The position numbers and the translations under genes were made by a program. The notes below the pieces were generated by a model that did not search any database, was not told the DNA's origin, and saw nothing but the letters and a program-made list of their open reading frames with translations. A stretch of 64,000 nucleotides of DNA, taken from the NCBI RefSeq assembly GCF_009914755.1, contig NC_060927.1; one strand, 5' to 3'. This document shows, in pieces, positions 14,090 to 26,689 of this stretch. The DNA is from the human T2T-CHM13v2.0 reference genome, Homo sapiens. Positions within the stretch are counted from its first letter, which is position 1. Every line of letters begins with the position of its first letter.

Positions 14090-14248
14090 GGCAGGGAGGG
14101 GCCTGTGGCAGTGATGGAAACATTCTACCCCTCAGTCATGGTGCTGGCTATGTGGCTGAGTTTATTTGTCAAAACTCAAACTTTACACCTAAAATAGATG
14201 AATTTCACTGTATATAAATTACATCACAAGCTGATGAAAAAAAAAAAT
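14090..14248 (+). mobile_element. L1M (ME/MB-type) 3' end with A tail
   Basis: gtgatggaaacattcta..atttgtcaaaactcaaactttacacctaaaatagatgaatttcactgtatataaattaca + A run. Confidence 0.75.
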
Positions 14249-14749
14249 AGCCAGTTTGGGAGGGACTAAGGAGGGCATCCCAGGTGTGGCCATGAGGAGA
14301 GGGAGGAGAGCAGCCTGGCAGGCAGGCAGGCAGAGTGTGGGCAGGGCAGGGTTTGGGGAAACAGGCCTAGTACGTTTCAGTGACTTCACTTTCTTCTCAG
14401 GGGGGCACCTACAGAGCTGCTTGGCCCCAGGTAAACCCTGGCATTCTCCGTCTACCAACCAATCTTCTCTCAAACTCCAGCAGCAGCCACACCTCCTAGA
14501 AGGCCTGCATGTGTGCACTTGTGTTTGCGTGTTCAGTGTTGTGTGTGAGGGGAGGGCCGGGGCTTGGGGTTTAGGCTGAGGTTATGGAGCAGCAAGCAGG
14601 GCTCTGAGCTGGAGGAGAGAGGTCCATAGGCCAGTAGTGGAAAATGCAGACATTCTAATGGAAGGGAAGGAACAGAGCTTCCTCCAGGGATGAAATGAAC
14701 TGGAGACATCCCTCAATAAAGCCCAATAAAGGTGTAGGTGAGGTCAGCA

Positions 14750-15154
14750 AGCAAATGTAAAGTAATAGGGAGAGGGTGACAGGCAAGCCACAGAGTGCAG
14801 TGCACAGACTGACAAGGGACTGCGATCCAGAATGTATTCCAAGGCCTTCATATCAATAATAACACAAAAAAGACAGCCGAGCGCTGTGGCTCACGCCTGT
14901 AATCCCAGCACTTTGGGAGGCTGAGGCAGGTGGATCATGAGGTCAGGAGTTCAAGACCAGCCTGGCCAAGATGGTGAAACCCCATCTCTACTAAAAATAC
15001 AAACAATTAGCTGGGTGTGGTGGCACACGCCTATAATCCCTGCTACTCAGGAGGCTGAGGCAGAGAATTGCTTAAACCTGTGGGGGTGGAGGTTGCAGTG
15101 AGCTGAGATCGCGTCACTGCATTCCAGCCTGGGTGACAGAGTGAGACTCCGTCT

Positions 15155-15187
<33 letters not shown>

Positions 15188-15520
15188 CAAAGAGCCCAGG
15201 GGAAAAGCACATTTGAATAGACACCTCACAAGGAGGGTATGCAAATACCAATAAACTTATGAAAAGGTGCCCTGCCTCATTGTAACTGCAGAAGTGCACA
15301 TTGAAACCACAGTGAAATGCTGCTGCATGGCTGAAATGAAAAGTCTGATAATACCAAGAGTTGACACTGGTGTAGAACAACAAGAAGGCCCCTACACAGT
15401 AGGAGTGCAGATAGGCACAACACTTGCAAGCAGGCTGAGCATTAGTCACAAAGTAGACCTGTGCATAGATCCAGCAGTTTCCTTCCTGGCTCTATGCCTA
15501 ATGGTTCTGTACTTATGTGA
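14750..15520 (+). mobile_element. Old L1M ORF2 C-terminal fragment, interrupted by Alu
   Basis: gacaggcaagccacagag..ctgacaagggac..tccagaatgta; ttgaatagacacctcacaagg..aataaacttatgaaaaggtgc..aagtctgataataccaagagttg. Confidence 0.72.
14876..15185 (+). mobile_element. AluSg-type with 30-nt A tail
   Basis: ggatcatgaggtcaggagttc (2-bp deletion), ggccaagatgg; flanking AAAAAAGACA direct repeat (14866-14875, 15180-15189). Confidence 0.94.
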
Positions 15521-16084
15521 CTACATACCTTAAAGCCACCAGGCCCAGCACTCTAATAGAAAAGCAGGCACCCTGATCCTGCCAGCTGCCCTGAAGGAGT
15601 AGGTAAGCACCTAATAATTTTTAAAAGAGTGAGACATTATTTTTCAATTAAATTGTCAAATACTAAAAATAGAGAAAATCCACTGTGTTAGGGAAAGAGT
15701 AGTCATCCTCTGTTAGTGCCATTAATTGGTACATCCTTTGGGAGGACCACTGGACACTGGGGATCAGGGGTCTGCATGCACCAGCAATTCCACTTAATGA
15801 CCAAGACACAGCCATAGGAGGAAAAGCAAGTTCCTTGTACAGGTGACTTTGGGCCTTCTTGTTCTGTTCTGAAGGCCTGTTTTATGTTATCCATGGATTT
15901 TCACTCTCCTCGCATACAGCTGGGAACCAGCTGGGTGCATTCTAGGAAGAACCCTTATGTGACATGGATTGGCATGGCACCGAACGCCTGACTTACTCTG
16001 GAGGGCGATGGCATATTTCATGACACCCCTCAGACACGACACGCTTCAGCCCTGCCTTTGTTCAAGTCTTCTGTGTTGACCCCA

Positions 16085-16444
16085 TCTTAGTCCATTTGGG
16101 CTGCTATAACAAAATACCTTAGACGGGGTGACTATAAACAGCAGAAATTTATTTCTCACAGTTCTGGAAGCTAGGAAGTCCAAGATCAAGCAGCCAGCAG
16201 TTATGGTGTCAGGCAAAGGCATTCTGCTTCATAGAAGGTGCCTTCTTGCTGTCCTCACATGGTGGTAAAAGGGGCCAGGCAGCTCTCTCAAGTCGCTTTT
16301 ATAAGGGTACAAAACACATTCATGATGACTCCATCCTCATGGCCTCATTACCTCTCAAAGGCCCCACTTCCTAAGCCATCACATTGGTGATTAGGTTAAG
16401 CATATGAATTTGGCAGGGGTAGCATAAACATTCAGATCATAGCA
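16085..16444 (-). mobile_element. MLT1A-type (MaLR) solo LTR
   Basis: tcttagtccatttgggctgctataacaaaatacc..tttatttctcacagttctggaagctaggaagtccaagatcaag..aacattcagatcatagca. Confidence 0.9.
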
Positions 16445-16455
16445 GTCCCTTAATG

Positions 16456-16798
16456 CAGGGGTCCCCAACCCCTGGGCCACAGGCTGGTAGTGGTCCATGG
16501 CCTGTTAGGAACCGGGCTGCACAACAGGAGGTGAGTGGCAGGGCAGTGAGCATTACCCCCTGAGCTCCGCCTCTTGTCAGATCATTAGATTCTTGGCATT
16601 AGATTCTCATAGGAATTTGAACCCTATTGTGAACTGTGCATGGGAGGGATCTAGGTTTCATGCTCCTTATGAGAATCCAATGTCTGATGATCTGAGGTGG
16701 AACAGTTTCATTCTGAAACCATCTCCCCTCCCCTCATCTGTGGAAAATTTGTCTTCCACAAAACTGGTCTTTGGTGCCAAAAAGGTTGGGGACCACTG
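16456..16798 (+). mobile_element. MER1B (hAT-Charlie), complete with TIRs and 8-bp TSD
   Basis: caggggtccccaacc ... ggttggggaccactg; CCTTAATG at 16448-16455 and 16799-16806. Confidence 0.95.
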
Positions 16799-16809
16799 CC
16801 TTAATGGGA

Positions 16810-19800
16810 TTTTGTCATCTACTGCCTAAGAAATCACATCTTTGGTTAGGTTTATTTCTAGGTATGTATAAGTTTGGTTGCTATTGCTAATGAGCTTTCA
16901 ATTTCTAGAAAAAATTCTAATTAGTTATTACTAGTCAATAGAAATATTATTGATTTTTGGATGTTGATCTTATACCTTATTAGTGCTTACCATGTGCAGG
17001 GCACCATTCTAAGTTCTTCACATATATAAACTTAATTAACAACCCTTTGGGGTATGTACTAATGATATCTCTAATCTGCACTGTGAAAAAGAGGACACAG
17101 AAGGGTTGCCTCCTTGTAGAATCTGTTAGATTTTCTAGATATGTGACTATATTGCCTATAAAGAATGACAATTATTTCTCTCCCTTTCCAAAGCCTGTGC
17201 TTATTCTTTTTTCTTGTTAACTTGCATCCACTCAAGCCAATACTGAGTAGTGCCAGCAGGAGTACATACCCTTGCCCGCCTCCTCCCTCCAGTGGGCATT
17301 GTGTTCATGTTCCCAGAGTTCGATGTTTGAGGCAGATTTCAGGTAGAAGTTCTACTGAATGGAAGAAGATAACATCTATACATGGTTCACCAAGAATCCT
17401 TACTGTGAATGAGTTTTGGAACTCACCAAATGTTTTTTCCAGCATTGATTGAGATGAATATGTGGCTTTTCTCTAGTCTATTAATGAAGAAAATGACATT
17501 ATGACTTTTCTCATGTGAAATTATCCTTATGGTCCTGGACTAAACTCTACTTGGCATTTTCTTTAAAGCACTGCTGAACTTGACTTGCTAATATTTTATT
17601 TGGGATTATGTCCATCTGTTTATATATAAGATCGGTTGTACTTTCTTTCGGTGTCCTTGTTTGGGTTTTCTAAGAGGTTTGTGCTTATTTTAGAAATGAC
17701 TCAGCCATAAGGAACAAAAACAAATAACAAAACCTTTCACCAGCGTCTGAGACGAGAAGTGTAGAGGCAGGGGCTGCTGACGTTCTTCCAGGCATCCGCT
17801 CAGGCCTGGACCACCCTCTTACATCCATGGTTGCAAGGCGACCAACTCAGTGCCAGGCATTGTGTCTATGGCAAGGGGCTGGGGAGGGGGAGACACCGGA
17901 TACCCCTCTGCCTTTGGCCAGGAAGGTAAAAGCTTTCCCTGAACCTCCCAGAACATTTCTGCTTGTGTTTCATTGGCCAGAATTGTCATATGGGAACCTC
18001 TACCTGCAAAGAAGATGGGCAAAGTGTTTCATTTTTCCAGCCTCTCTTGGTGGAGTTAAAAAGGCATGAAGGGACCAGGAGTGAGAGTGAGGGTGTTCCC
18101 AGCAGAACTGGTCACAGCCCGCTTTGCGTGGTGTCCTGTATTTTTTCCACGTTCTGAAACAGTGGCATGAGATGGCTTCGTAGAATGCACCCACAAACTC
18201 ATCTCATCATGGTGTTATTTTACAGATAGCTCTTTGGTTACACTTTTAGTGTATTTTAAGCTCATTGAGTTCTTCAAATTGTCTACTTTTTCTGGGGGCT
18301 GATTTTGATTATTTATGTTTTCCTAGAACGTTGGCTATTTCATTAAGCATTAACAACATAATAATAATAATTGTACATGACATGTTCTTACAATTCTAAA
18401 AAATCTCCTTGTTACCTAAAGTTGAATTCCATTTTTCCTGATATGAATTTGTGTGCCCCTCCCTTCCTTTTCTGTCGTTCTCTCTCATTTATGTAGATTG
18501 GCCCATTGCCAATTTTGTGAGTCTTTTCGAAAGAATAAGCTTTGGGTTTTCCTGATAAACACTAATGAAATTTAAAAGTACAAAAGCATTTTTTGCTTTT
18601 AAGTTTATCAATTTTATCCTTCCTTTTTCACCATTTTTTGCTGCTGCTATTCTTTTTCTAGAGTTCAGGGTTTATGACTTAGTTCATCTATTTTCATTCT
18701 TATTAGGAAATATCTCCAAACACTGAAAAGTGATGAGAACAAGATAATGAATACTTACCACTACAATTTGACAAATTTAACAAATTTAGCATTGTGGCAC
18801 AATTTATTTGAGATTTTTTAAAAAAGATATTACACTTAAGCTCTTTTTGCTCTTCTCCAATCTCTCTCCCCACAGCTCGCCTCTTTTGCTAACTGCCATC
18901 AAATTGTATACTTTTATTAAACATACATGTGTCTGTAAACAATGTGTAGAATTGTTTTACATTCATTAAAACTTCACATTATCACACTATAAATCTTGTT
19001 TGTTAACTTTTTTTCTACCAGCATTAGATTTTTGAGATATATCAATGCAAATATATTTCACTCATGTTCACTGCTGCATGAAAATGCCACAATTTGTGAT
19101 TCAGTTTCCTGCTGATGGACATTTACGTTGTTCCCATGTTGTTACTATTATTTTTAACCATTACAAATAGCAAACATCCTTGCATATTTCTCCTCCTACA
19201 CATACTTCAGAGCTTCTCTCAGCTGGATACTTAGAAGTGGAATTTCTAGGTCATGAGGTATGTGTATCTTCAGGTTTACTGGAAAATACCAAATTGTTCT
19301 CCAAAGTGGCTGTGCCAGTTTAAACTCCACCAGCAGGGCACCAGAGTTCCCACTGCTCCACATTCCGCCAACACTTGCTTATTGTCATACTTTATACATT
19401 TTGAGGAGGTGATGGGTATGGAATAACATCTTATGATTGTTTTAATATACATTTTCTGTGTTTTAATAGGCTTCATTATGTTTTTATGTGTTTATTTGCC
19501 ATTTAGATTTCTTCTCCTCTGAATTGCCTGTTTCTAGTCTCTGCTTATTTTTCTGTGCAAATTTTTGTCTTTTTCCTGCTGAGTTGTAGGAGTTCTTCTA
19601 TCAGCTGGGGGCTAATTCTCCATTGGTTTTGGACATTGCATGTGTCTTCCTCCTTCTGAAGAATGTCTGTTTGCTTTGTCATTGGTGTCTCTTATCGCCT
19701 AAAAGCTTCCATTTTAATGTGGTAAAATTAATTAATCTTATCCTTTATGCCTTGTTCAAGAAGTTCTTCCCTACACCAATGTCATAAAGATACTTTCTCA

Positions 19801-20320
19801 TTTGTTTCCTCCAATGTTAAACATGTTTCAAATTTAGGCACTTATTCCATTTGAAATTTATTCTTGTGCATGGTATGATACAGGGGAATGAATTTTTAAA
19901 TTTCCATCTAAATAACCAATTTCCCAGAACCATTTATGTAAAAGTCTATTGTTTCACCAGCAATTTATTATGGCATCTCTGTGGCATATCAGTGTTCTCA
20001 TCTAGGATCAGGGCTGTTTTACTCTATTTCACTGGCTTTTTAAAAAATTCCTACTTTGATACCAAACTTTCCATGAACTTTTACTCTTCCATATGAATGT
20101 TCAGGTTCATTTTTGTTATATTTTATCCAGCATTTTTTGTTTTTGCAGTTGGAGGCTTATTCATTATATTTTCTTTCTGATTAATGCTGATATTTAGAAA
20201 AGCTTTGGATTTTTTCCTACCAACTTAGTAACAGGTCTTAAAAGTATTTTAGAAGTTTTTCAACCTCTTCTCTTGGGTTTTTAGGTAGGAAATAGTGTCA
20301 CTGCAAATAATTATAATAGC
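16810..20320 (-). mobile_element. Series of antisense old L1M fragments, with MIR (~16980-17110) and MLT1J/K-like LTR (~17700-18040) insertions
   Basis: T-rich antisense L1 motifs: ttgatttttggatgttgatcttatacc, aatgttttttccagcattgattgagatga, ctgatggacatttacgttgttccc, ccaaattgttctccaaagtggctgtgccagtttaaactccaccagcag; MLT1 motif tcattggccagaattgtcatatgg. Confidence 0.75.
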
Positions 20321-20459
20321 AGCTGATAATTAATGAGTATACATACATCAAGACATCATCTCGATATAATTTTTGTTATTTAAAACATATAAATACATAA
20401 ATATTTTAAAATAAGTAAATAATTGATTAATGAGAGCTAAGGACATGGTGGGATCTTTA

Positions 20460-20600
20460 TGTATTCCTCACAAGAACTTCAAGCCTACAATTCTCCCTCA
20501 TCTTACAGATGAGAACACAGAGGCAGAGGGTGAATAAGTGACCTCCCAAGGTCACCAGTTAGTAACATGGTGAGGGTGGCATCAGCCTCCGGGCTTCCCC
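20460..20600 (-). mobile_element. MIR
   Basis: catcttacagatgagaacacagaggcagagggtgaataagtgacctcccaaggtcaccagttagtaa, the MIR core. Confidence 0.8.
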
Positions 20601-20769
20601 TGTCTCCCGGGCTTCCACACCACACTGTCTCCCTAAAATAGAGCTGTGCTTCTTACTTTTATGATTTACATCTTTCTTGTATTATTGAACCATATTCTGT
20701 CTTGTTAGGCCACCTTACCTCTTATTTCACAGAGAAAATACAAGTCCCCATAAGTCTCTGAAAAAGTTC

Positions 20770-21641
20770 TTCTTCCCCCTGACACCAACTCTACAATTCT
20801 CCTGCACTAACTGGGAATTCAACAACTCAATTCTGATGCTAACTACACAGAGTTAGCCTTGGACTCCACCAATTGAAGGGCCCAGTCCCACATGACTTCT
20901 TTCTGCAGATGCCAGCCACAAATGGGGTACCCTTTTCTGCCCAGGCAACTACAAATTTGGAAGTTCCCACAGCCCTCTCCCCTCAGGTTCAAGAATCCAC
21001 TAGAAACACTCACAGAACTCAGGAAAGTGCTGCACTCACCATTCCTGGCTTGTGATAAAGAGTGCAACTCAGGAAGAGCTGGATGAAAGAAACGCATATA
21101 GCAAAGTCTCAGAAGGGGTGTGGGGCTTCCACACCCTTGCTGGGCACACACCTCCCAGCACCTCCTCATGTTCACCAAACTGGAAGCTCTCCAAACCCTG
21201 TTGTTTAGGGGGTTTTACGGAGGGAGGCCTTGTTACATAGGCATGATTGATGAAATAATTGATCATCAATGATTGCTGTCAATTTCTAGCCTCTTTCCCC
21301 ACCCAGGAGGTTGGGGGGTGGGTCTGAAATTCCCAATCCTCTAATCATGGCTTGGTCTTTCTGGTGATCAGCCCTGATCCTGAAGCTATGTAGGGGCTCC
21401 CAGCCACCAATCATCTCATTAGCTTACAAAAGCCATTATTTTTATTAATGAAATCCTTCACGAATTTGCATGTCATCTTTGCACAGAAGTCATGCTAATC
21501 TTCTCTGTATCATTCCAATTTTAGTATCTGTGCTGCCAAAGCAAGCACGCAAAAGACATTCTTATCACTCAGGAGATTCCAAGCGTTTTAGGAACTCTGT
21601 GCCAAGACAAAGACCAGATATTTATTTTTTATTATGCCACA
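20770..21641 (-). mobile_element. MER21-family (ERVL) LTR, interrupted by U6 retrocopy
   Basis: tgacaccaac..gaagggcccagtcccaca..cagatgccagccacaaatgggg..caggttcaagaatccactagaa..ctcacagaactcaggaaag..ggagattccaagcgttttagga..agaccagatatttatttt; homologous to 47969-49224. Confidence 0.85.
21446..21548 (-). pseudogene. RNU6: U6 snRNA processed pseudogene, full length
   Basis: Reverse complement GTGCTTGCTTTGGCAGCACAGATACTAAAATTGGAATGATACAGAGAAGATTAGCATGACTTCTGTGCAAAGATGACATGCAAATTCGTGAAG aligns end to end with U6 including the ACAGAGA box; A-rich tail and degenerate 14-bp TSD; no PSE/TATA context. Confidence 0.96.
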
Positions 21642-21778
21642 GTCCTTCCACATCCCATTGACAAGTACACTCACTTATGGTTTCACATTCAGTACATTCA
21701 GGGCCCTCTCTCCCATTATGACAGGCAAAGTGTTCTTCCATCTGCCTCAAACTATTTTCCCACATATGCTTTACACAC

Positions 21779-22262
21779 TGCAATGGTTAATTTTATATGC
21801 CAACTTGACTGGGCCACAGGGTGCCCAGATATATATGGTCAAACATTATTCAGGGTGTTTCCGTGAGGGTGCTTTTAGATGAGATTCACATTTAAATCTG
21901 TAGACTAAGTAAAGTGGATTGCCCTCATCCCATCAATTGGAGTCCTGAATAGAGCAAAAGGCAGGCCAAATATGAGAGAATTCTTCCTGTCTGACTGCGT
22001 TTGAACTGGAGCATTGGCTTTTTCCTGCCGTTGTACTAGTACTGAAACATCAGCTCTTCCCCAGTCTTGAGCCTGTCTGCATTTAGACTGGAACTACACC
22101 ACTGGTTCTCCTGGGTCTTTAATTCATCAACTCATCCTGCAGACCTTGGGACTTGTCAGCTTCCATAATCGCATGAGCTAATTCCTTATAATACATCTCT
22201 TTCTACACATACACACACACACACAAAATTTGTCCCATTTCTCTGAAGAACGCTGGCTAATT
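21779..22262 (+). mobile_element. MLT2 (ERVL; MLT2D-like) solo LTR
   Basis: tgcaatggttaattttatatgccaacttgactgggccacagggtgcccagata..gtaaagtggattgccctc..ggacttgtcagcttccataatcgcatgagc..(CA)n..ttctctgaagaac. Confidence 0.9.
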
Positions 22263-22329
22263 TTTACCTGACCCAGCCACACATGATGGTAGGAAAAAGA
22301 TATCAAATCACAATATCCCTCAGCTCACC

Positions 22330-25170
22330 CCTGATTATGACAGGATTGGGCTAAAACAGCTGAATAATTTAATCAATAAGTTTTAGCTATTTGAAATATG
22401 TAGAGGTATATACTTCCACCCCCCACTGCCAAATACAAAGAATACACATTTTTTGAACACATATGAAATACTGACAAAGATTTGTGACCATTCACTATGC
22501 CACAAAGGAAACTTCAACTTGTTTCACTGAGTCACCATCATAGAGGCTTTATTTGAAAATAATTATGTAATACAATTAGAACTTAATAGTGAAGGAATTC
22601 TTCCTTAAATCCCATGTGGCCAGAAATTGAATTCCACATTACTAAATAACCTTTGGTTTAAAAAAGAAATATGAAAAATGTTAAAACTTCATAAATCAAC
22701 AGTATAAAAATGTTACAGTCAATCAGCATTCAATGGGAAATTTATGATTTTAAACAAAATTACCAGGAACCAAAAACACAGAAAAAATGCACTAAACATT
22801 CACATAAAGACATTAGAAAATGGGCAATAAGGCAAACCAAAAGCAAGAAGGTAAAGGGCAGAAATCAGTGAAAGTGAGAACAGTGACACCAGCAACACCC
22901 AAGCAGAGTGAAACGGAAGAGGAATTGAGAGAGTGGAAAAGCATATACTCAAGGGACGAAAGAGGGATTTACTTTGGATAGTAGTAAAAGAGCATGATAA
23001 CTACTTGTAGATAAATTGAAAAGCCTAGATGATGTGGATGAAGTTCTAGGAAAACAGACAATGCAAAAATTGGCACAAAAAGAAACAGGAAATTTGAATA
23101 AGCCAATGAATGTTAAATAAATTGGAATCTAATAATTCCCCTTCCAATGAGCCCCCTGTCTAGACAGTTTTGTGGGAGATCTGTAAACAACTCTCAAGGG
23201 GTGATTAATTCAGTGTGAAAAAAAGTAAAGATTGCTCAGCTCACGTTAGGAAGCTGGTGTAACCTTGATCCCTAAACTAAACTTAAAAAGGAAAGAAGCT
23301 CATATTACTTACAAATGCAAATGCAAAAGCTTAAGTAAAATATTAGCTAACACAATGTAAACATATTAAAATATACATTATAACCAGGTAGGATTTATCT
23401 CAAGAATGCAAGGATGGCTCAACATTAGAAAATATGTAAACATTATTTATGATTTATTAAAGAAGAAAATTTGTATGATTATCTCAATAGATACAGAAAA
23501 ATTATTGATAAAATTCACCTATTCACAGTGATAATAATTACAATGACAACAACAATAATAATAATGACTTCATTACAATCTAGGAATAGAAAAGAACTTC
23601 CTTATCTTTTATAAAGGTTATATGTCAGAACACTATAATAATACAGAAACTTTAGACATATCCTCTTAAAGATGGGCCCCAAGGCAGGGATGTGGCTGTC
23701 ATTGCTAGTGTTTATCACAATGCAAGAGGGCTGGCGAATGCTAGGAGGAAAAAGGCAGATGTAAGAGGGGTGAGGATTATAAAGAGAAGACATAGAACTG
23801 TCTTTATGTCTGTGTAAATAAATATATGTCATTTTATTTAAAGAAATTTTATTATATGTCATTTATGTACATTTATGACATTATTTATTTAAGTCTATAA
23901 AAAATAAAATCATCAAAATACAAACCTTGACACCTATTAAGAATTCTGGAAGGCTGGTGGATACAAAACTTAATAAAACTCAATAGCATTTTTCCATATC
24001 AGTTAGAAAATATAATAAATATAATAAATTAGATATTATAAATATAATAAATTAGATATTAGATAAATTAAATATTAATGACAACAATAAAAATGCATAA
24101 TGTCTAGGAATTGCCTTAGAAAAGAATACATAAAATTCTAGGGGAAAATTTTAAGTGAGACTTTTTTTAAAGACCTGAAAAACAGAGACATTTAGTGTTC
24201 TTCAATGCACATAACTTAATTGTATAAGGAAGTCAAGTGTCCCCAAATTAATAATATAAATAAAGTGCTATCTATAAATAAAATACTATCCACTTTGTAG
24301 ATGGTGGTAGTAGATGTACAGTTTTATTTTTCTCTATAATCATTACATACAGAGGTAGCTTCTAGAAACATTAAAAACCTTAAAAGTAAAAAATAAAACC
24401 ACAAGTGAATAAAAAATGACGTGGGAGAATTACGACAGAGAGGTGAGTAAGGACTTCTTAAAACCCAGAAAGTAAAAATCATCAGGCCAAAGGGATGAAT
24501 TTGTTTACATCAAGGATTTCTGCTCAACAAAGGACACTTGAGACAAACTTAACGGGCAAGTAATGGACTGGAGCAAGATATATTCAATATCTGAAATGGA
24601 AAAAGGACTGCTATCTAGTGTAATATACACAGATACAGATATATCCCTGTAAATTACCAAATGGAAGATTACAACTGTATTAGAAAAGCAAACAAAGGAT
24701 GAAAATAGGCAAAAACAGAAAGAAACTCCAAGTGCTCCCAAACATGAAGAGAATACATGATTTGTTGGAAAATGGAAATTACACAGAAGTGGGTCACTTT
24801 AGCCCATCGGAATAACAAAACACTGGGTATGCCAAGTGTTGGCATTGCTTCTTGGCGTGGGTGCTCAGAGGCTGATATGTTTCTGCCACTGTCAACCAAG
24901 GAGGGGGGCCTCTACAAATTAAGTGTATGCTCACACCCTAGGCAAGCTCTCCTGCAGCCGGTGGGGGTCACCGTGCAGATGCTGCCCTCAGCACAGCTGT
25001 GTGAGGAGCTAAAAGCAGCCAGGGTCCATTTCAGAATGACTGGATCAGAAAACTGGGGAGTGCATGCCATGGAATAGATTATTTACCCATCAGAAGCCAT
25101 GCAACATGGGAAGATCTTAAAAACAGCACAGAGTGAAAAAAGTAGAAGCAAAATGAGCTCTAGAGCTCAT
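22330..25170 (+). mobile_element. Old L1M ORF2 remnant (endonuclease to 3' region, heavily decayed)
   Basis: aagaatacacatttt (EN); aaccaggtaggatttatctcaagaatgcaaggatggctcaacattagaaaat at ~23382 (QVGFI.MQGW.NIRK, RT); tatgattatctcaatagatacagaaaaa; catcaaggatttctgctcaacaaaggacac. Confidence 0.85.
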
Positions 25171-25179
25171 TATTCAGCA

Positions 25180-25322
25180 TGGTCCTCAAACCAGGACCAG
25201 CAGCAACTACATTGCCGAAGAGACTCTTAAGGGCTCAGGATCACAAAGCCCACCCAGACCTGCCTATCAGAATCTGCCTTTTAACAAGACTCCAGGTTTC
25301 AGCAAAAACATGAGAAGCACTT
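25180..25322 (+). mobile_element. MER5-family DNA transposon fragment
   Basis: ggaccagcagca..cccacccagacctgcctatcagaatctgccttttaacaagactccaggt..tgagaagcact. Confidence 0.7.
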
Positions 25323-25886
25323 TTCTGACTAGATGTCACACCTTTCTAGAAAGCCACTGTAATCAGAATACAATGAGTTCAGTTCAGGAATCAGCTAATA
25401 CCCCAGTGGGTGGGGACCAGAGGACCCATGTTTGGAACTCCCATAAGACAAAGCCCGTGTGCATTCAGCCAAAAAAAAAAAAAAAAAAAAAGGACGTTGC
25501 TGGAAAACTGACTAATTATCAGAACAGGATCTTGGAAGGACACCTCCCACTGCATCCTACAGATGTGCTGGAGGTATTAAGAGTCACCTTTTTTTGCCTG
25601 GCCCCAAGACGTTTGTGTCTGCCATCCCTGGTGTATGGAACTCTAGTGCTGAGGAAATGAACTGCTGCACAGAGGCAGGGAGTGGGGCTGAGAAAAGAGG
25701 GCAATTTCTCTTTGTTTATCAATGTCTTTCTCTTTTACTGGGGCAATGGATGCATTCATAATTGTGAGTGATCCCATAAGTGGTTGGCCTTCTTTTCTGG
25801 ATGAGATCTGAGTTCACCATACTTCTCAATCCCAGGCACACCACCCACATGGAGCCTCTCACTTTAATGACTCTTTTTTAGCCTCC

Positions 25887-26432
25887 TGTAACCGGCTCAA
25901 GTCCAGCTGCTCATCACTCAGAAGTCAAAGCATGAGAAGTGAGGTGTGGTAGAAGGAAAGCAGATTTTATTGGTCAAATGTTGGCAGATGTGAGAATGGC
26001 TGGGCTTAAGCCTTAAAGGAGCCATCTCATTCTCCTGGGCTGAGAGAGGGGCTTAAGAAGGAAAAGGTGTGAGAAACATGTGAGAGTGGTGAAAAGGGGA
26101 TCTGCATGTCTCATTTCCATGGTTATCTTGAGTAGTCACCCATCAGGAGATCCAGTTTGCATCATCCTGACTTTGGCATGGTGGTGGTGGGCTCACTATT
26201 CCTAACTCCCCTTGACTGAGAGGATTCTACGCTGGGGTCTCGCTGCCTGGTTTGTTTCAAAATTGACCCCTGGAATTTCTAAGCAAGCACATAATTAGGT
26301 AAGTGAACACTGTTCACAGAAGTGCCTGGTGGAAAAGGGAGAAACAAAGAGTTTCAAAGTATGTCAAGGCCTAAGGCAAGAAAGAAAGAAAAAAGTTTGA
26401 AAATGCATTTGAGACTGAGATACTCAGTTACA
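25887..26432 (-). mobile_element. 3' LTR (MER66/MER73/LTR29-like ERV1 LTR)
   Basis: tgtaac...gttaca inverted termini; minus strand ttgcttagaaattccaggggtcaattttgaaacaaaccaggc; AATAAA on the minus strand near 25970. Exact family name uncertain. Confidence 0.88.
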
Positions 26433-26689
26433 ATTCCCCACTGTCAAATTCCATTTCATTTCTATGGAAAGTGGGTGACACAGTCGATCTGTCCACTTCC
26501 TGCTGCAAAGGGCTGTAGTAGGGGTATCAGAATGGAATTCATTAACCTGGCCTTGGAAATAGTCTCCAGTCCCCAGACTCACAGCAGGAACTTGCTGGAG
26601 CATTATGCTGTGAGGACCTAGAAGCTTCTGAGAAAGTCTGTCCTGCATCCCCATGCAAAGTACATAATAGTAATAAAGTCCACAACAGA

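Noticed and set aside
24015-24060. 23-bp AT-rich tandem duplication; also a 19-bp period duplication at 49469-49504
   Set aside because: Ordinary slippage duplications within or at the edge of decayed L1.
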